Made by a program: the position numbers and the translations under genes. The notes under the pieces were generated by a model. The model did not search any database. It saw nothing but the letters and a program-made list of their open reading frames with translations, and was not told the DNA's origin. From positions 1-23,279 of IMG/VR virus record IMGVR_UViG_3300029816_000015: 23,279 bases of DNA; one strand, 5' to 3'. Below are positions 1 through 12,035 of this stretch, one piece after another; within the stretch, counting starts at the first letter, position 1, and every line of letters begins with the position of its first letter. This DNA is from a virus (Duplodnaviria > Heunggongvirae > Uroviricota > Caudoviricetes).

Positions 1-2383
<2,383 letters not shown>

Positions 2384-2384
<1 letters not shown>

Positions 2385-2623
2385 TACATTTTTCCTGCTC
2401 TTCTAAGTTCGTTGTAAGCAATTTCCTCTTTATACGACCTCTGAATCTCAAGAAATTGTCTCAATGATAATAAATCAGAGAATGTCATAGCAAAGAGTTG
2501 GTCAAGTGTTTCTTTACACCCTTCCATACCATAAATAGCAAGCACAAATTTCATCTCGTCTGCTTCTTCATAGGTTGCCTCTACAGCAGCATCAGTCAGT
2601 GGTGTCTGTAGAGTATTGCCCAT
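2384..2623 (-). CDS. Tail assembly chaperone, T-like extension ORF (probably expressed as G-T fusion by -1 frameshift)
   Basis: 79 aa ORF in the -1 frame relative to the upstream 132 aa ORF; its frame is open at least 17 codons upstream of its own ATG across the end of the upstream ORF (KLRKFFRSKHFQKPNFSVN-MGNTLQ...). Confidence 0.6.
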
Positions 2624-2625
2624 GT

Positions 2626-3024
2626 TTACTGAGAAGTTAGGCTTTTGAAAATGCTTGCTTCGAAAAAACTTCCGAAGTTTGCCTCCAGCGCAAATGCTAA
2701 GTAATCAATAAACTCGCCGTAGTTTGCTTGGAAGTACGTATCAATATTAAGTGGGAAGTCATCAACAGTTGCCCCTTGAAATAACAAGGTAGCCATTTCT
2801 TCAAGGTTAATTTCTTCAATTCTGTCAAAACAAGCTTCAACAAGTTCTTTAAATGGAACCATCGGTGCTTCTTTCTTATCTTTATCAGTCAGACTTGATA
2901 GCATCTGTGCAAATGTTGGAACAACAATTTTACCCAACTTCATAGACATCTTAATACCATCTCTTGCCCCAAGCAGAACGATATTTACTTTCTTACCATT
3001 AATTACTCTAGATTCTGTTTTCAT
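2626..3024 (-). CDS. Tail assembly chaperone, G-like
   Basis: 132 aa acidic ORF between tail tube and tape measure genes; contains slippery heptamer near its 3' end. Confidence 0.65.
   Translation of the reverse strand: MKTESRVINGKKVNIVLLGARDGIKMSMKLGKIVVPTFAQMLSSLTDKDKKEAPMVPFKELVEACFDRIEEINLEEMATLLFQGATVDDFPLNIDTYFQANYGEFIDYLAFALEANFGSFFEASIFKSLTSQ
2662..2668 (-). promoter_or_regulatory. Candidate -1 programmed ribosomal frameshift site (slippery heptamer U UUU UUC)
   Basis: Minus-sense ...GGA AGU UUU UUC GAA...; a -1 slip on UUUUUUC enters the frame of the 79 aa ORF. X XXY YYZ heptamer at the position expected for G/GT chaperones. Confidence 0.55.
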
Positions 3025-3096
3025 TGTGATTCCTTAATACTTTAAAAGAAACAAAAAAGGGGAAGACCTTTTAAAGTCTCCCCCTTATAGGATTTA

Positions 3097-3543
3097 TTAA
3101 ACACTTGACGCTGGAATTGTTGAAGTATAGTCTAGCTTCTCACAACCAAAAATCCAAGTTTTAGAGTTCTGGTCACGACCAAGTTCAATCTGTGGTAATT
3201 CCTGCAACCAAGCATTAATACCAGTTGCCAGAACAGAGCCTGATGGGTCGTAGATTACGAAGTTAGAAGAGATATCTTCTTCAAGTTCCATATTGTCTTG
3301 TTTAGCTTGAATTGCAGAAAGCATCTGATTAGAGAGAGAAGTCTGCATTAGCTCAATCTCAATAGTACCTGTCTTGTCTGCATTTCTTGTCAGAGCAACC
3401 TGACCACCTGCACCTACAACTGGTGTGATAAGTGGTGATGTTCTCTGTAGACGTAAGAATGAGTCTGGAGCAAAGCCTTCAATAGCAATGCCATTCCAGC
3501 TACATACAACGTCTTTAGGGGAATATTGCTGATACATAGCCAT
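3097..3543 (-). CDS. Tail tube protein (putative)
   Basis: 148 aa ORF directly between the 450 aa sheath candidate and the chaperones; call by gene order and size only. Confidence 0.5.
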   Translation of the reverse strand: MAMYQQYSPKDVVCSWNGIAIEGFAPDSFLRLQRTSPLITPVVGAGGQVALTRNADKTGTIEIELMQTSLSNQMLSAIQAKQDNMELEEDISSNFVIYDPSGSVLATGINAWLQELPQIELGRDQNSKTWIFGCEKLDYTSTIPASSV

Positions 3544-3558
3544 TCCAATTTACCTCTA

Positions 3559-4911
3559 TTATTCGTAAGCCACTGTACCTTTCAAGTCAACATCCAAGAT
3601 AGCCCCTGCTAAGATACCTGCGAAGGTAACATCTTTCAGGATACGAGCTTTCTTGTCTGCCAAAGCAACTTGAGAGGCTTTAGGAACATTAACTGTGTAA
3701 GATGACAGGAAGTTTCTGTTGACTGCTCTTTGTAGAGAGGTTTCAATGACTTGACGAATACGGGTAATACCAGTATCATCATAAGTAATCTTACCACCCT
3801 TCTGGTTAATTAGCAAGTCTCTCAGAGAAGTTTTCAGGTCTGATTCCAACCAGTCAACACCACGGACGATATCAATCCATTCCCCACCAGAAGTAATCCC
3901 TCTACGAACCACTGGAACACCACCATCAAGGTCAATAAAGTTACAGTGACGTGCATCTAAAGCTGACTTCTGAATACTTGTCAGAGGTCTCTTATTAGCT
4001 GGCTGTAGAGAAGCAGCTACACCAGTTAGCTGAGCATTACCCCAAGCAATTGAACCTGCATCATATGGAGCACCATAAGCAATATATGCCATCTCTGGAT
4101 AATCTTCTGCCGCTGTGTGATGCCACAAGCAAACTGTGCGAGTATACATACTCTTAGCAAGCTGTGCTGGAACATCATTTGCACTGTTTAATTCTGTACC
4201 TTGTAGTGCTGCTACATCAGAGTTAGCTGTGAAGAAGATTTTCTTACGAGCCTGAATCTCAGAAGCCATTGCCAAAACAAACTGTTGAGTTCTGTCTTCT
4301 GCTGCAATGAAATACCAGTCGGTAGAATAAGCTTCAATAGCTGCCAGAGCAGTTGACGCTGTATCAGCAGTTGTGCTTGCAATAGACACAGTTTGTGCTG
4401 TAGTGGTTACCTTCACGAAATCATTGTCACCAGCTTTGGAGATGACCATTGTGGCAGAACCGTTGCTACCAGTAACATTGACTGAAACTTTATCTTTAAT
4501 TGATTGGTCAGCTTCAATCTGTGTTTTAAACTGTTGTAATACATTCTCGGCAGTGTCTTCACCTTGTGAGGTGTACTGGAATGGTTGTGACATTCCCCCA
4601 CCGACAGCTACAGTAATTGAGTAGTCTGTACTTTCGGTAACAGCATCAGGAATTGATACAGTATACTGCATAGCACGTCTACCAATATAAAGCTGAGTTA
4701 CTTTAGGAGTCTGACTCCAAAGTTGTTTAGCAGCCTTATATGCAGCAGTATTCTCATCGAAATCTTCAGCAACTTCAGTTAAGGAAGTGTAGCCACGAAC
4801 TCTTTCTTCAAAGTTATCTGTTGAAGCTAAGAATAGTGGCAAACCAAAACCTTCTCTTGTAGTTCCTGCGGTGTTCAATGTAATATCTACATTAACAATT
4901 GGATTCCACAT
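3559..4911 (-). CDS. Tail sheath protein (putative)
   Basis: 450 aa ORF immediately upstream of the tube candidate; sheath-tube-chaperone-TMP order is typical of contractile tails. No motif verification possible. Confidence 0.5.
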   Translation of the reverse strand: MWNPIVNVDITLNTAGTTREGFGLPLFLASTDNFEERVRGYTSLTEVAEDFDENTAAYKAAKQLWSQTPKVTQLYIGRRAMQYTVSIPDAVTESTDYSITVAVGGGMSQPFQYTSQGEDTAENVLQQFKTQIEADQSIKDKVSVNVTGSNGSATMVISKAGDNDFVKVTTTAQTVSIASTTADTASTALAAIEAYSTDWYFIAAEDRTQQFVLAMASEIQARKKIFFTANSDVAALQGTELNSANDVPAQLAKSMYTRTVCLWHHTAAEDYPEMAYIAYGAPYDAGSIAWGNAQLTGVAASLQPANKRPLTSIQKSALDARHCNFIDLDGGVPVVRRGITSGGEWIDIVRGVDWLESDLKTSLRDLLINQKGGKITYDDTGITRIRQVIETSLQRAVNRNFLSSYTVNVPKASQVALADKKARILKDVTFAGILAGAILDVDLKGTVAYE

Positions 4912-5511
4912 TTATTTTACCCCTTTGGAGTCTACATCTAGATGGATAGTATATTCTGGTGGCTCTTGCCCTTCTTCATAAACCAACTCACCATCAACAA
5001 TGACACGCTCAATAATACTTCCACGTTCATCTTTCAGGACTGAGTTTTTTACAAGAGTTACAACAAGAGGTGCAGAATTTTCGAAATCTGTATTGAGATA
5101 AGTATAGTCATTCGGGATTGCTCCAGTGTCTAGTACTGTAGCCCCTGTTTCTTCAAGGATTAAATCTCTGACTGAACTCATCTCTAATCGTTGTTTAAGC
5201 TCAAGCATAATACTGTGAGCACCTTTACCATTTACCGTAATTAATACAGGAATCTGAAAAGCAATTCTGTAGCAAACTACATCATCCTCAACAAACTTAT
5301 CAAGAACCCAACCATAAGGTGTTGCAGCATCTTGACAGTATACGGTAATAAATGGCTGGTCAGGTTTTAAACCTTTGTCATTTGAGTTATCAGAAGGGTA
5401 AGCTCTAATTACATTTGGTCTATTATTCTTATCACGAGCTAATCTGTGACCAATAACATCCACTAAGGTTCTAACTAGACCTTTTTCAAGTTCTGCTGTT
5501 TCTAACTGCAT
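4912..5511 (-). CDS. Hypothetical structural protein (tail completion/neck candidate)
   Basis: 199 aa ORF between the capsid and sheath genes; RBS AAGGGA upstream of ATG; tightly packed with neighbours. Confidence 0.4.
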   Translation of the reverse strand: MQLETAELEKGLVRTLVDVIGHRLARDKNNRPNVIRAYPSDNSNDKGLKPDQPFITVYCQDAATPYGWVLDKFVEDDVVCYRIAFQIPVLITVNGKGAHSIMLELKQRLEMSSVRDLILEETGATVLDTGAIPNDYTYLNTDFENSAPLVVTLVKNSVLKDERGSIIERVIVDGELVYEEGQEPPEYTIHLDVDSKGVK

Positions 5512-5887
5512 TCATTTTATCCCTTCTAATAATGATATATTCATAATGGGATGTATGGGCTAATTGCTGTGACCAATCCATAGTCATAAATACTTCATAC
5601 TCATGACCATCAATCATAACAATGTCAGACTCATTCCACTCTACATCGTCTGAAGTTCTAAGTTTATATGTAGTGTACAGGATTCTTGTATCGGTAAGTC
5701 TAATACCTTCCGGTAAAGCAATCTGTGTACCATTCTTTACAGAACCTTTGATATATGGCTGGATATTACCTTTACAGTTAACCTCTACAATATCTTGTGA
5801 AGCTACCCAATCACCATCATCATTATAATAACCGTCTTCAGAGACTTTACGCTTTACTACAAAGCTGTGTCTGTTTAAGAGTCTCAT
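5486..5887 (-). CDS. Hypothetical structural protein (head-tail connector candidate)
   Basis: 133 aa ORF, overlaps downstream gene by 26 nt; position between capsid and tail genes. Confidence 0.4.
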   Translation of the reverse strand: MRLLNRHSFVVKRKVSEDGYYNDDGDWVASQDIVEVNCKGNIQPYIKGSVKNGTQIALPEGIRLTDTRILYTTYKLRTSDDVEWNESDIVMIDGHEYEVFMTMDWSQQLAHTSHYEYIIIRRDKMNAVRNSRT

Positions 5888-6366
5888 TTTTTAATACCCT
5901 TCTTAGTAGAAATTTTATAAGCAAGGTTATCCCTTAAGTCACCTGTCTCAACAAGAGGTGCATTAAAGCCTTTTTTCTTGACTGTGGAAGGTGCGTTAGG
6001 AGGGAGGATAGCAGAATTACCAAAACCTCTTTTAATCGCCTTTTGAGCATTCTTTGCAAATGCTTCTAAGGTATTTGAAGGGTCTGTGTTGAGACTGCTA
6101 AGTTGCTTATATAGATTCTTCTTAGTCTGCTCTAACAAGGTCTGTTTGTTTAGCATCATAGTGATTTCAAACAACCTACGATATACTTTACCAGAAGCTG
6201 AAGGAACCCCAATGACTTCTTGTAAATACATTAAAGCAGGATAAGAAAAACCAGAGCTATGTTGACCTTGTTCTTGAAAATACCCAACTTGAGCATTAGC
6301 CGTTTGCAAGTTCTTCATAGCCCCGACTAATTTTGCTCTAGCGGGGTGAATAACCCTTTTAACCAT
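5884..6366 (-). CDS. Hypothetical structural protein (head-tail connector candidate)
   Basis: 160 aa ORF, 4-nt overlap with downstream ORF; position in morphogenesis module. Confidence 0.4.
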   Translation of the reverse strand: MVKRVIHPARAKLVGAMKNLQTANAQVGYFQEQGQHSSGFSYPALMYLQEVIGVPSASGKVYRRLFEITMMLNKQTLLEQTKKNLYKQLSSLNTDPSNTLEAFAKNAQKAIKRGFGNSAILPPNAPSTVKKKGFNAPLVETGDLRDNLAYKISTKKGIKK

Positions 6367-6815
6367 TATTCATCTCGCTCGATAATAAATACGCCATTAA
6401 CACGGTTGCAGTAATCTCTGCCTTCGTATCTGGCAGCATCACCATATTCTGTGTATTTCTTGACAGAGCAAGGATTCTGACGACGCATATCAATGTCACA
6501 CTGATTAATACCACCTACATAGGGTAGTCCTGAAACAGAGCTTTTAACAAGGTCGTCATAAACAGCTTTCAGAGATTTGAATCTGGAAGAGTTACGTAAA
6601 TAAACACCACCAACCTTCTCATCTCCCATCTTGGCTACTTGAAAGAGTAAATATTTAAGAGCTTTGATGGCTGCTTTCTTTTCATCCTTTCCAGATTCTA
6701 GATAGAACCACTCTAGCACAGACTGCTCAATAAGAATCTCATCATTATTGGTGTCTGTGCAGAGGATTCTTACTCTATCAAGAGGGTTATTGGCTGGGTC
6801 GCCTGTATAACACAT
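6366..6815 (-). CDS. Hypothetical structural protein (head completion candidate)
   Basis: 149 aa ORF immediately downstream of the major capsid gene, 1-nt overlap with next gene. Confidence 0.4.
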   Translation of the reverse strand: MCYTGDPANNPLDRVRILCTDTNNDEILIEQSVLEWFYLESGKDEKKAAIKALKYLLFQVAKMGDEKVGGVYLRNSSRFKSLKAVYDDLVKSSVSGLPYVGGINQCDIDMRRQNPCSVKKYTEYGDAARYEGRDYCNRVNGVFIIERDE

Positions 6816-6836
6816 TCATAACCCTCCTTAAGAATA

Positions 6837-7940
6837 TTAGTCTTTGGCGTCAGCACGAACATCTACCAGCAACTGAGGACGAGTACAGTATGGCAGCATG
6901 TAAGAGTGAGCTTCAAAGTCAATACCTTCGTCACGGTCTTTTTCGTATTCGAATACGTACAGTTCCTGACCAAGTGTGTTTGCATAACCCATCTTAGGAC
7001 ATGGACCATATGCAACTTCGAAGATGTTGTTAGCTTCACCAAGCATAGATACGTTAGGGAAAGCATGACCAACACCAACAGTTGCTGCTGCACCATCAAT
7101 GCTCACCAGAGTGTGAACCTTACCACGCTTGTCTTTGAACTTACCGTTGTACTGGACAAACTTAACACCACCGTAGTAGAAAGTGTTCATATGAGCCTGA
7201 ACGCCGTCAGTACCACCAGTTCTCAGAGAACCAGTAATCTGTTGCCAAGCCAGTGGGGTCTGCTGTGCAAGATAAGCGTCACGAATCTTAGGATGCTTAA
7301 CCAGCTTGCTGAAGAATACACGGTCAACAACTACGTGAATTTCTTCACCGTTGATTACAGTGCCAGTCTTAGCTTCGTCTTCCATGTGCATACGCAGTTC
7401 TTCAATAGAAGCGTCGATGTCAGCATTAGGGTTGTCAAGGTCGAAGTAAACAGTCTTCTTCTCAACGTCGAACTGCTTGTACAGGTCAGCGTACAGCGTA
7501 CCACGAGCATCAACAACTTTACCCTTCAGAGCTTGCATAAACAGGAACTCACGAGTAATATCGAACTTGGTACGAATCTTCATCAGCTTCTTAGCACGTA
7601 CTACAGCTTCAGTAGTCAGTTCGTTTGCAGTGCCTGGCTGACGTACACCCTGAATTTCATCAGGAGTGATGCTTTCAACTTCTTTGAAGTACATCATTGG
7701 GAAGCTGATTTGACGGACACGCTCAGGTGCGCTAGTCTCTGCTTTACGGCTATCACGGTCTACCGCATCAAGCAAGCTAACATCCCAATCAGTCAAGTCC
7801 ATAAGGAAAGTAGTTTGGGTGATTGGTGCTGAACGGAATAGACCTAAGTTGGAAATATACCCATAAGTATTTGGGATAGACTGGACTTCACCAGTCAGGT
7901 CAGCAAGGAAAAATCTGCTTTTTTCAGAATTAGTCAACAT
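6837..7940 (-). CDS. Major capsid protein
   Basis: 367 aa ORF following decoration and protease/scaffold genes (lambda-like C-D-E order); RBS GGAGAA 9 nt upstream of ATG; long antisense ORF 6906..7832 is spurious. Confidence 0.7.
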   Translation of the reverse strand: MLTNSEKSRFFLADLTGEVQSIPNTYGYISNLGLFRSAPITQTTFLMDLTDWDVSLLDAVDRDSRKAETSAPERVRQISFPMMYFKEVESITPDEIQGVRQPGTANELTTEAVVRAKKLMKIRTKFDITREFLFMQALKGKVVDARGTLYADLYKQFDVEKKTVYFDLDNPNADIDASIEELRMHMEDEAKTGTVINGEEIHVVVDRVFFSKLVKHPKIRDAYLAQQTPLAWQQITGSLRTGGTDGVQAHMNTFYYGGVKFVQYNGKFKDKRGKVHTLVSIDGAAATVGVGHAFPNVSMLGEANNIFEVAYGPCPKMGYANTLGQELYVFEYEKDRDEGIDFEAHSYMLPYCTRPQLLVDVRADAKD

Positions 7941-7973
7941 TGTAAAATTCTCCAGAATGTCTTATTATTGTTA

Positions 7974-8351
7974 TTACAGGCCAGTTGGTACGAAATCAAT
8001 ACCTTTAGCAGCCAGAGCTGTCTTGACTGCATCAGCATCAACACCTGATTCAAGAGTAAGCAGGTCTTTTAGTTCTGCGTCACGGTAAATACCAACCACT
8101 TTCAACTGACCGTGGTAAGATAGTTGCAGGTCTGCATAAAAGTTAACGATACATACAGAATCAGCCTGAGCTTCTTCTCCTGCTGCAACTTTAGTACCAT
8201 CTGCTTTCAGGACTTCACCTACACGGTATTCTGTTGAAGCAACTGGGGTGTACTCTTTACGAGAGTGGCCTGTTGGGGTAACCTGTTCCCAAAGAATGAT
8301 ATCATTCAGAGGTTCTCTTTTACCTAGCTTAGTAAAACCTTCATATGCCAT
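7974..8351 (-). CDS. Head decoration protein (putative)
   Basis: 125 aa ORF between the protease/scaffold and major capsid genes; call from position and size. Confidence 0.5.
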   Translation of the reverse strand: MAYEGFTKLGKREPLNDIILWEQVTPTGHSRKEYTPVASTEYRVGEVLKADGTKVAAGEEAQADSVCIVNFYADLQLSYHGQLKVVGIYRDAELKDLLTLESGVDADAVKTALAAKGIDFVPTGL

Positions 8352-8362
8352 TATTGTGTTCC

Positions 8363-9709
8363 TTATTTAATAAGAGATTTTAGAGCATTCTGGAGAGCCA
8401 GTTTGCGTTGTTCAGCGGTGTCTTCGGAAGCATTCTTAGCTGGTTCTTTTTCTTCTTCAACCAAATCAGCTTCGCCGTCATTACCCACTTCTTCCATAGC
8501 GTTGGAATGTTCAAGAACAGCACCAGCAGTTTCTTTCAGCTTGGTAATTTCTGATTCTTTTTCTTCCATTGCAGAAGCATGGGACGCGATAGTTTCATTA
8601 AGTTTCTGGTTAGCACCTTCCATAGCATTCATAAACAGAACACTCAGAGGGTTATCAAGACCAGCACCTAAAATAGTCGTTGCAGCTTCTTTTGCATCAA
8701 ATCCAAAAGCTTCAGCAGAAGCAGAAATCTTATTAGTCAAATCTGACAAAGCAGCTTCCTGTTCTTTAGCTTTCATTTGAGCAACCTGAAGACGCAAAGC
8801 TTCTAGTTCTTGCTTTTCTTGTTCAGTCATTTCTTCACCTGAATTGTTAACGTTTAAACTTACAGGAGCCTCTTCAGAACCTTGTAAGTAATTTAAGAAA
8901 TCATCTTGAGACATGATTGAGTTAATTAAACCAAGTTCAAGAGCTTCCTGAGCAGAATAAACATTCGCCTCAGTATTCTTTACAGCTTCTTCAGAGAGAT
9001 TACGAGATTCAGCTACAAAACCTGTAAAGGTTGCGTAGGTATCATTAATTCTCTTTTGAAGTCTTTCTTTGCTTTCTTCTGAAAGTGCTTGGAATGGTGA
9101 ACCCATACCTTTAAACTCACCAGCTTTGATGACGTTAATTGTTACGCCATTCTTTTCAAATGCCTTAGTTAATTCCTGATGAACCATGATTACACCGATA
9201 GAACCAACATCTGCATCTGGTGATGCAATAATTTCTTCAGCAGAAGATGCAAGAGCATATGCAGCGGAACAAGCGAACTCATCTACATAAGCAATAATTT
9301 TCTTTTGGCCTCTTGAAGCCATAATGTGACGTGCTAATTCAAAGCAACCTGAAGCTTCACCACCACCAGAATCAATATGCAGAACAATAGTCTTAATTGA
9401 CTCATCTGCTAGAGCTTCGTCAAAGCCTCTACGTAAACCCTCATAAGAGCTTAAACCACCAGTACACATTGCATCAATGAATGTCATACGATGAGTTAAA
9501 CCACCCATAATAGGGATAATAGCAATATCATCTTTTACTTTTAAAAGACTTCTTGCTTCACCTTTGGGTTTATCAAAGTTTACTGCTGCTTGGACATCAC
9601 CCAGCAATCTGTTATTCACATAAGTTGCTGCTGAGTGAGCTAATGATTCAGTGGCTAGTAAAGGTTGGTTGAATAATCTATCAGCAAGTCTGAAGATATT
9701 CGAACTCAT
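8363..9709 (-). CDS. Prohead protease (S49/SppA-like) fused to scaffold-like C-terminal region
   Basis: 448 aa; N-terminal half has S49-like motifs (LHIDSGGGEASG..., FACSAAYALASSAEEII with candidate catalytic Ser); C-terminal half is acidic, helical, Glu/Ala/Lys-rich like a scaffold; RBS GGGTGAG upstream. Confidence 0.75.
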   Translation of the reverse strand: MSSNIFRLADRLFNQPLLATESLAHSAATYVNNRLLGDVQAAVNFDKPKGEARSLLKVKDDIAIIPIMGGLTHRMTFIDAMCTGGLSSYEGLRRGFDEALADESIKTIVLHIDSGGGEASGCFELARHIMASRGQKKIIAYVDEFACSAAYALASSAEEIIASPDADVGSIGVIMVHQELTKAFEKNGVTINVIKAGEFKGMGSPFQALSEESKERLQKRINDTYATFTGFVAESRNLSEEAVKNTEANVYSAQEALELGLINSIMSQDDFLNYLQGSEEAPVSLNVNNSGEEMTEQEKQELEALRLQVAQMKAKEQEAALSDLTNKISASAEAFGFDAKEAATTILGAGLDNPLSVLFMNAMEGANQKLNETIASHASAMEEKESEITKLKETAGAVLEHSNAMEEVGNDGEADLVEEEKEPAKNASEDTAEQRKLALQNALKSLIK

Positions 9710-9720
9710 TTTTACTCACC

Positions 9721-10053
9721 CTATTTGTTTAAATCTACAGAGACTGAAGAGATAACATAGATACCTTCTTCAGCGAAGAATTGAGGTTTGCTAAGAGCAC
9801 CAGTTGCCACGCATTTATCGTTAGCATCCCACAAGCTATAGTGTGAGACCGTTGCAGAAGCTGGAACAGTAATGCTAACTGTGTCTTCTGAGGCAATTAA
9901 GCCATTATCCGGTTCAGAAAAATAAATAGCCACTGGCTGAGTAACCTTATTTGCTGTAGGGTCTGCCGTTGGGTCTACATTGTGTAAAATAATAGTCGTT
10001 GGGGTTAGCGTGGCGAGGATTTTATTCTTACCATCAATAGTTAATGTTCCCAT
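9721..10053 (-). CDS. Hypothetical protein (head module)
   Basis: 110 aa ORF between portal and protease genes; no recognisable motif. Confidence 0.45.
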   Translation of the reverse strand: MGTLTIDGKNKILATLTPTTIILHNVDPTADPTANKVTQPVAIYFSEPDNGLIASEDTVSITVPASATVSHYSLWDANDKCVATGALSKPQFFAEEGIYVISSVSVDLNK

Positions 10054-10553
10054 TAATTAAACCTTACTTTTTGTTTAAGGACTGTTGAATGGTTACCAGA
10101 TTCATCTACCACATTTACAATCATATCATATACTTTACCTTTGACAAGTACTTTGTAATCATTTTGTGAAAAAATGTATTCAAGTCTGTTTGTTTCTTTA
10201 TTAACTGTCATTGGAGATTGAAATGCAGTATCGAGGGTAATGAAAGCGGCTTCAATGCTATTAACATTGATACGTTTATTCTCGCAGTTATATAACTTTA
10301 CACCCAAAAGGCATGAACTGTCAAATGGAATTTTAACAATCTCACTACAATTTCCTGAAATAAACGGTTTTCCACTCATTGGTGCATCAAGTAACCTGCA
10401 AATAGTGAAAACGTCAGAGATTCCACCATCACTAACATAACCTGAAAGGCTGACCCTTGAGCCAGCCTCCACAGATAACTTGTCAGTGATGATAAGGACA
10501 CCCCTATACGAATGCACTCGTGTAGCATTTGAAATAGAGATAACTTCAGCCAT
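10053..10553 (-). CDS. Hypothetical protein (head module)
   Basis: 166 aa ORF immediately downstream of portal, 1-nt overlaps with both neighbours. Confidence 0.45.
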   Translation of the reverse strand: MAEVISISNATRVHSYRGVLIITDKLSVEAGSRVSLSGYVSDGGISDVFTICRLLDAPMSGKPFISGNCSEIVKIPFDSSCLLGVKLYNCENKRINVNSIEAAFITLDTAFQSPMTVNKETNRLEYIFSQNDYKVLVKGKVYDMIVNVVDESGNHSTVLKQKVRFN

Positions 10554-12019
10554 TATTTATTTGCCTTATTTGCTGTGCTTGGGTCTTTCGCTGAAGGTGT
10601 CTTTGCAGTACCTTCTCCAGCGGTCTTATAACCATCTCCTGAGCGGCTTTGGCTATTTGGAGAAAGCTTTTCAGATACTGGCTGAGACTCATCAGCAGGA
10701 GGAAGACCAATATGCTCTCTAAGTTTGTTAGATAGCTCTTTGTCAACTTCCAAAGCACCTACTGCAACAGTCTTCTGAATATAAGAACCAATTGCTTCAA
10801 GGTCTGGAGTTTCGATATCATCATATGTGATTTGTACATGTTCTTCATCATCCCACATATTAAGAGCGTAAGTCTGTGCAACTAAATCACGGTTAATTAC
10901 GTTCTTAATTTGCTTCAGCAGAATATCTACTGACATTGCTAATAGGCTTGTCTTAGAATCTGCAAGAGAGAATGAACCATATTTTGACTGACCCATAGCA
11001 AGAACATCTGACATAAATGCCATCATAATTTGCTTGGAATATCTGTCAATGATAGAACCTGTATCGTATGCTTTAGCACCCTGTCTAGAAACTAATGAGA
11101 ACTCAAAGATATCCTCTTTAGTATCTGGGTCGATATATCTAGGCCAGATTAAACCTGCTCTGTCATTAGCAATCATGTCATTAACAACAGTTTTGCAGTA
11201 TTGTACGAAAGCTTTCTTTTCAGGTTCTGCATTTTCATCCAGATAGTCTGGTGGTAAACCAATCTTTGGCATACCTACTAAGTCTCTTGAAACACCAACA
11301 GCTTCATACTCTTCAATCTGTACTTTATATTTCCACGGTACATAAGCATTAAGTAATGGTGAACGACCTTCTGGATTTCCATATTCATCGTCATACTTAA
11401 ATAGCATGAATTTAGCTCGTGGAAGTTTTCTTGTTAGAGGTCTTTCTCCAAGATTGATTGCTCCAGCAATATGTGAAACATTTCTCAGATTCTGTCTAAC
11501 ACCAGTAACTTTTCTAAAGTCTTCGTCAAAATACCACTTATCAAGTGTTGACTGGTTTCTGATTGGTAATTTAGCCCACCCAATTAGACCGTCATCAAAT
11601 TTTGACTGGTACTTTCCTTTTTTACCCTGACGTTTCTTATAAACCTTTTCGTTAACACAGAACCCATAAGTGCAGAATGACATTACAGAGTTAATAAAAT
11701 CTGCCCAATCATGCTCCATGTCATCCATTAAAGAATTAAAGAAGTCTGCTCTTTCAAGCATTTTAGGGTCTTGCTCTTTTCCCTTTGGAGGTACGAATCT
11801 CCAGTTGACTTTTCTGACAAACATCTTAATAATATTTACAGATGCTGCTACAGCAGGGTCACGCATCATTAATTGGAAAGTTTTAATACTTTCAGGGAAC
11901 CTTAGTGCCTGACGAGGTTCTTCATAGATTCTTCCATTCTTAACCTTCAGACCCAAAGAACCTACTTCACCCATTCTAAATGGTGGTAAGCTTTCTTGTG
12001 TTTCTGTAATATCTGCCAT
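10553..12019 (-). CDS. Portal protein
   Basis: About 488 aa ORF directly downstream of large terminase; the ATG at 12017-12019 with RBS AGGTGA is preferred over the GTG at 12028 used in the ORF track; basic/Ser-rich C-terminal tail. Confidence 0.75.
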   Translation of the reverse strand: MADITETQESLPPFRMGEVGSLGLKVKNGRIYEEPRQALRFPESIKTFQLMMRDPAVAASVNIIKMFVRKVNWRFVPPKGKEQDPKMLERADFFNSLMDDMEHDWADFINSVMSFCTYGFCVNEKVYKKRQGKKGKYQSKFDDGLIGWAKLPIRNQSTLDKWYFDEDFRKVTGVRQNLRNVSHIAGAINLGERPLTRKLPRAKFMLFKYDDEYGNPEGRSPLLNAYVPWKYKVQIEEYEAVGVSRDLVGMPKIGLPPDYLDENAEPEKKAFVQYCKTVVNDMIANDRAGLIWPRYIDPDTKEDIFEFSLVSRQGAKAYDTGSIIDRYSKQIMMAFMSDVLAMGQSKYGSFSLADSKTSLLAMSVDILLKQIKNVINRDLVAQTYALNMWDDEEHVQITYDDIETPDLEAIGSYIQKTVAVGALEVDKELSNKLREHIGLPPADESQPVSEKLSPNSQSRSGDGYKTAGEGTAKTPSAKDPSTANKANK

Positions 12020-12035
12020 TCTTCTCACCTAGCTA

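Noticed and set aside
6906-7832. 308 aa plus-strand ORF antisense to the major capsid gene
   Set aside because: Fully inside a well-supported minus-strand gene; low-complexity, Cys/Phe-rich translation typical of antisense frames; no RBS.
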